Shown one piece after another: positions 29,588 through 32,000 of a DNA stretch of 32,000 bases. The DNA is taken from assembly GCF_001644705.1 (NCBI RefSeq), contig NZ_CP015137.1, forward strand, positions 1,140,001 to 1,172,000, in the 5' to 3' direction. The DNA is from Dickeya solani IPO 2222 (lineage in GTDB: Bacteria > Pseudomonadota > Gammaproteobacteria > Enterobacterales > Enterobacteriaceae). The stretch's first letter is position 1. Every line of letters begins with the position of its first letter. Both the position numbers and the translations under genes were made by a program. Under the pieces are notes generated by a model. It searched no databases. It was not told where the DNA came from and saw only the letters and a list, made by a program, of their open reading frames with translations.

Positions 29588-30598
29588 ATGATGACCATGC
29601 TTGATGTGGCAAAGCATGCCGGCGTATCCAAAGCAACGGTATCACGGGTGCTGAACAGTACAGGTCAGGTGAAGCAAAGCACGCGCGATGCCGTGTTCAA
29701 AGCGATGGAAGAACTGGGCTATCGCCCCAACTTTCTGGCGCGATCGCTGGCGCAACGCAGCTCAAACAGCCTTGGCCTGGTGGTATCCAATTTCGACGGC
29801 CCCTATTTCGGCCGTTTGCTGCGTCGGGCGGCGGAACGCACCGAAACCAGCGGCAAGCACCTGATCGTGACCGACGGCCACGATACGCCGGAAGACGAAC
29901 AACAGGCGGTGCAACTGCTGACCGATCGCCGCTGCGACGCCATTGTGCTCTATACCCGCCACATGTCCGACGCGGCGCTGATGGGGCTGCTGGAGCAGTC
30001 CACGGTGCCGATCGTGGTCATCAACCGCCACCTGCCGATGGCGCCTGACCGCTGCGTCTGGTTCGAACAACAGCAGGCGGTGTTCCAGTTGATCGCTTAT
30101 CTGGTGCAGCAAGGGCACCGCGAAATTGCCTGTATCACCGGGCCGATCAACACCCCGACCGCGCGCGCGCGTCTGGCGGGTTACCGGCAGGCGCTCGACC
30201 ATCATCGTATCCCTTATGATCCGCTGCGGGTGGTCAACGGCGACAATCTGGTGCCCGGCGGCTATCAGGCGGTGCGCGAACTGCTGGCGCATGACGCCGG
30301 TTTTTCCGCGATTTTCGCCAGCAACGACGATATGTGCATCGGCGCGATGAAAGCGCTGCTCGAAGCCGGTAAACGGCTGCCGCAAGACGTGTCGCTGTTC
30401 GGCTTTGACGATATCCCCAGCGCCCCTTATCTGAACCCGGCGCTGTCCACGGTGTATTTGCCGATTGAAGAGATGATCAGCGCCGCCATCTCGCAGGCGC
30501 TGAAATTGTCTGAAGGCGAAGCGGTCAAACCGATCGCCCCGTTTATCGGTGAATTGAAACGGCGTGCCTCGGTGGCGCAAGGGCCGCACGCGCGCTAA
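29588..30598 (+). CDS. LacI-family repressor, AscG-like
   Basis: MMTMLDVAKHAGVSKATVSRVLN...YRPNFLARSLA..SSNSLGLVV, RLAGYRQAL, ASNDDMCIGAMKAL and FGFDDI..APY..PALS.V are colinear with E. coli AscG. ATG 29588 has a GGGAAGG SD. Confidence 0.88.
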   Translation: MMTMLDVAKHAGVSKATVSRVLNSTGQVKQSTRDAVFKAMEELGYRPNFLARSLAQRSSNSLGLVVSNFDGPYFGRLLRRAAERTETSGKHLIVTDGHDTPEDEQQAVQLLTDRRCDAIVLYTRHMSDAALMGLLEQSTVPIVVINRHLPMAPDRCVWFEQQQAVFQLIAYLVQQGHREIACITGPINTPTARARLAGYRQALDHHRIPYDPLRVVNGDNLVPGGYQAVRELLAHDAGFSAIFASNDDMCIGAMKALLEAGKRLPQDVSLFGFDDIPSAPYLNPALSTVYLPIEEMISAAISQALKLSEGEAVKPIAPFIGELKRRASVAQGPHAR

Positions 30599-30613
30599 AT
30601 CGGCGCCGAGCGG

Positions 30614-31876
30614 TTACACCCGCTCCAGCGCCAGCAGTTCGTCCAGCGTCTGGCGACGGCGGATCAACCGCGGCTGTCCTTGTTCAAACAGCACTTCGGC
30701 AATCAGCGGGCGGCTGTTGTAGTTGGAGGACATCGACGCACCGTAAGCGCCGGTGTCATGGAACACCAGATAATCGCCCACCTGCGCCGACGGCAGCGGC
30801 AGCGTTTCCACCCCACCGCCCGCCTGTTGGGTAAATACATCGCCGGATTCGCACAGCGGGCCCGCCACCACGGTGTCACGCAGCGCGGACTGGCTTAGAT
30901 CGCGCCCATCGCCCGGCAACAGGGTGATGTGATGGTAACTGCCGTACATCGCAGGGCGCATCAGGTCGCTGAACCCGGCGTCCACCAGCACAAAATGACG
31001 GCTGCCCATGTCTTTCACCGCGCACACCTGCGCCACCAGCACCCCGGACTCCGCCACCAGAAAACGCCCCGGCTCGATTTCCAGCGCCACCGGGTGCTCC
31101 AGATGCGCGGCGATCTGCTCCCGCGCCCGGTTCCACAGCCCATAATAGTGTTGAGTATCAATGCGCTCGCCGCCGTGACGATAGGGAATCGACAACCCGC
31201 CGCCGGCGGAAATCGCCTCCAGATCCTGCCCCACCGCCAGCACCTGCTGCACCATGGCGTCGCACACCTGCTCCAAATGCTTGTAATCAACGCCGGAGCC
31301 GATATGCATGTGGATGCCCACCAGCTTCAGGCGGTAACGGCTCAGCGCCTCCAGCGCCTGCGGCAAATCGGCATACCAGATACCATGTTTGCTGTTTTCG
31401 CCGCCGGTGTTGGTCTTCTGACTGTGGCCGTGGCCGAATCCCGGATTAATACGCAGCCACACCGGGTGACCCGGCGAACGCTCGCCCAGTTGATGCAGCA
31501 TGTCGATGGAACCGGCATTCACCGGAATATTCAGCTCCTGCACCCGTTGCAGCGTGGCATCATCCAGCACATCAGCGGTAAACACGATCTCATGCGCGTC
31601 GGTGCCTGGCTCAAACCCGGCCGCCAGCGCACGTTCAATTTCGCCCAGCGATACCGAATCCACTTTCACGCCCTGCTGGCGCATCAGCGTCAGAATATGC
31701 AGGTTGGAACAGGCTTTCTGCGCAAAACGGATGGTATCGAATTGGCGCAACTGACCGATGCGCTCAATGATAGTCTCGGCATCGTAGGCCCACAGCGGGC
31801 AGCCAAAGCGTTCCGGCAGCGCGCGCAGGCTCTGGACGTTCAGCGCATGGGAAAGGTCATTCAGATCGTGTGGCAT
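30614..31876 (-). CDS. lysA: Diaminopimelate decarboxylase
   Basis: 420 aa and colinear with E. coli LysA (FAQKACSN.HIL.LMR.QGVKVDSVSLGEIERALAAG, NPGFGHGHSQKTNTGGENSKHGIW, HMHIGSGVDY, EIEPGRFLVA, GPLCESGDVFTQ, HDTGAYGASMSSNYNSRPL). The AGAGGGA at 31990-31996 on the plus strand is probably the SD of a divergent lysR starting beyond the window. Confidence 0.95.
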   Translation of the reverse strand: MPHDLNDLSHALNVQSLRALPERFGCPLWAYDAETIIERIGQLRQFDTIRFAQKACSNLHILTLMRQQGVKVDSVSLGEIERALAAGFEPGTDAHEIVFTADVLDDATLQRVQELNIPVNAGSIDMLHQLGERSPGHPVWLRINPGFGHGHSQKTNTGGENSKHGIWYADLPQALEALSRYRLKLVGIHMHIGSGVDYKHLEQVCDAMVQQVLAVGQDLEAISAGGGLSIPYRHGGERIDTQHYYGLWNRAREQIAAHLEHPVALEIEPGRFLVAESGVLVAQVCAVKDMGSRHFVLVDAGFSDLMRPAMYGSYHHITLLPGDGRDLSQSALRDTVVAGPLCESGDVFTQQAGGGVETLPLPSAQVGDYLVFHDTGAYGASMSSNYNSRPLIAEVLFEQGQPRLIRRRQTLDELLALERV

Positions 31877-32000
31877 GGATATCGTACCGTGGCGTTATCA
31901 GATACCGAAATTGTGCTGGCCTGCAAGCTATAATACAAATATCCTTTTTCGCAGACTCTATTCATTTCTGATATGGCTTAGCTAAACAAAAGAGGGACGG

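Noticed and set aside
30608-30625. GAGCGG-TTACAC-CCGCTC hairpin between the convergent LacI-type gene and lysA
   Set aside because: It has only a 6-bp stem, overlaps the lysA stop codon, and has no U-tract on either strand. That is not enough to call a terminator.
31929-31934. TATAAT hexamer in the lysA-lysR divergent region as a lysR promoter -10
   Set aside because: No acceptable -35 sits at 16-18 bp, and the target gene lies outside the window. I noted it but did not call it.

Overview
This is a GC-rich enterobacterial chromosome segment. Protein similarities and an arb/bgl-type operon suggest a soft-rot Pectobacteriaceae (Dickeya-like) genome, which is an inference. The window is a mosaic of conserved backbone blocks. 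These are rnr'-nsrR (1-726, minus); an insert of MCP, a short PucR-like regulator and codA (1087-5148); and pilT/yggR divergent from yggS-proC-yggT-yggU-rdgB-hemW (5140-10436). They continue with an entericidin-like lipoprotein gene missed by the ORF track, and aas-lplT with an appended elaA-like GNAT (10749-14652, minus). The last block is the E. coli-like backbone aas ... Omr sRNA ... galR ... lysA. Three accessory inserts split that backbone. (i) A BglG/RAT-controlled beta-glucoside PTS operon with two GH1 phospho-beta-glucosidases (14952-21030). (ii) lpxO (21397-22299). (iii) A cellobiose-family (Chb-type) PTS/GH1 cluster with a split, divergent EIIA, an AscG-like LacI regulator, an ExuR/UxuR-like GntR regulator and a GNAT (24284-30598). 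Non-ORF features include an OmrA/B-type sRNA, RAT/terminator antitermination elements, and a mini-ERIC palindrome that supplies the stop codon of the antiterminator gene. There is also a 211-bp MITE (12-bp TIRs, TAA duplication) 21 bp upstream of galR, a related hairpin-array repeat just downstream of galR, three short tandem repeats, and a symmetric CRP/operator control region. I see no CRISPR array, prophage, integrase, toxin-antitoxin pair or recognisable defence module, and nothing convinces me of a wholly new protein-coding system. The most novel-looking signals are the hairpin-array repeat family flanking galR and the regulatory architecture of the Chb-type PTS cluster. All homology statements rest on my recall of reference proteins and RNAs, not on searches.
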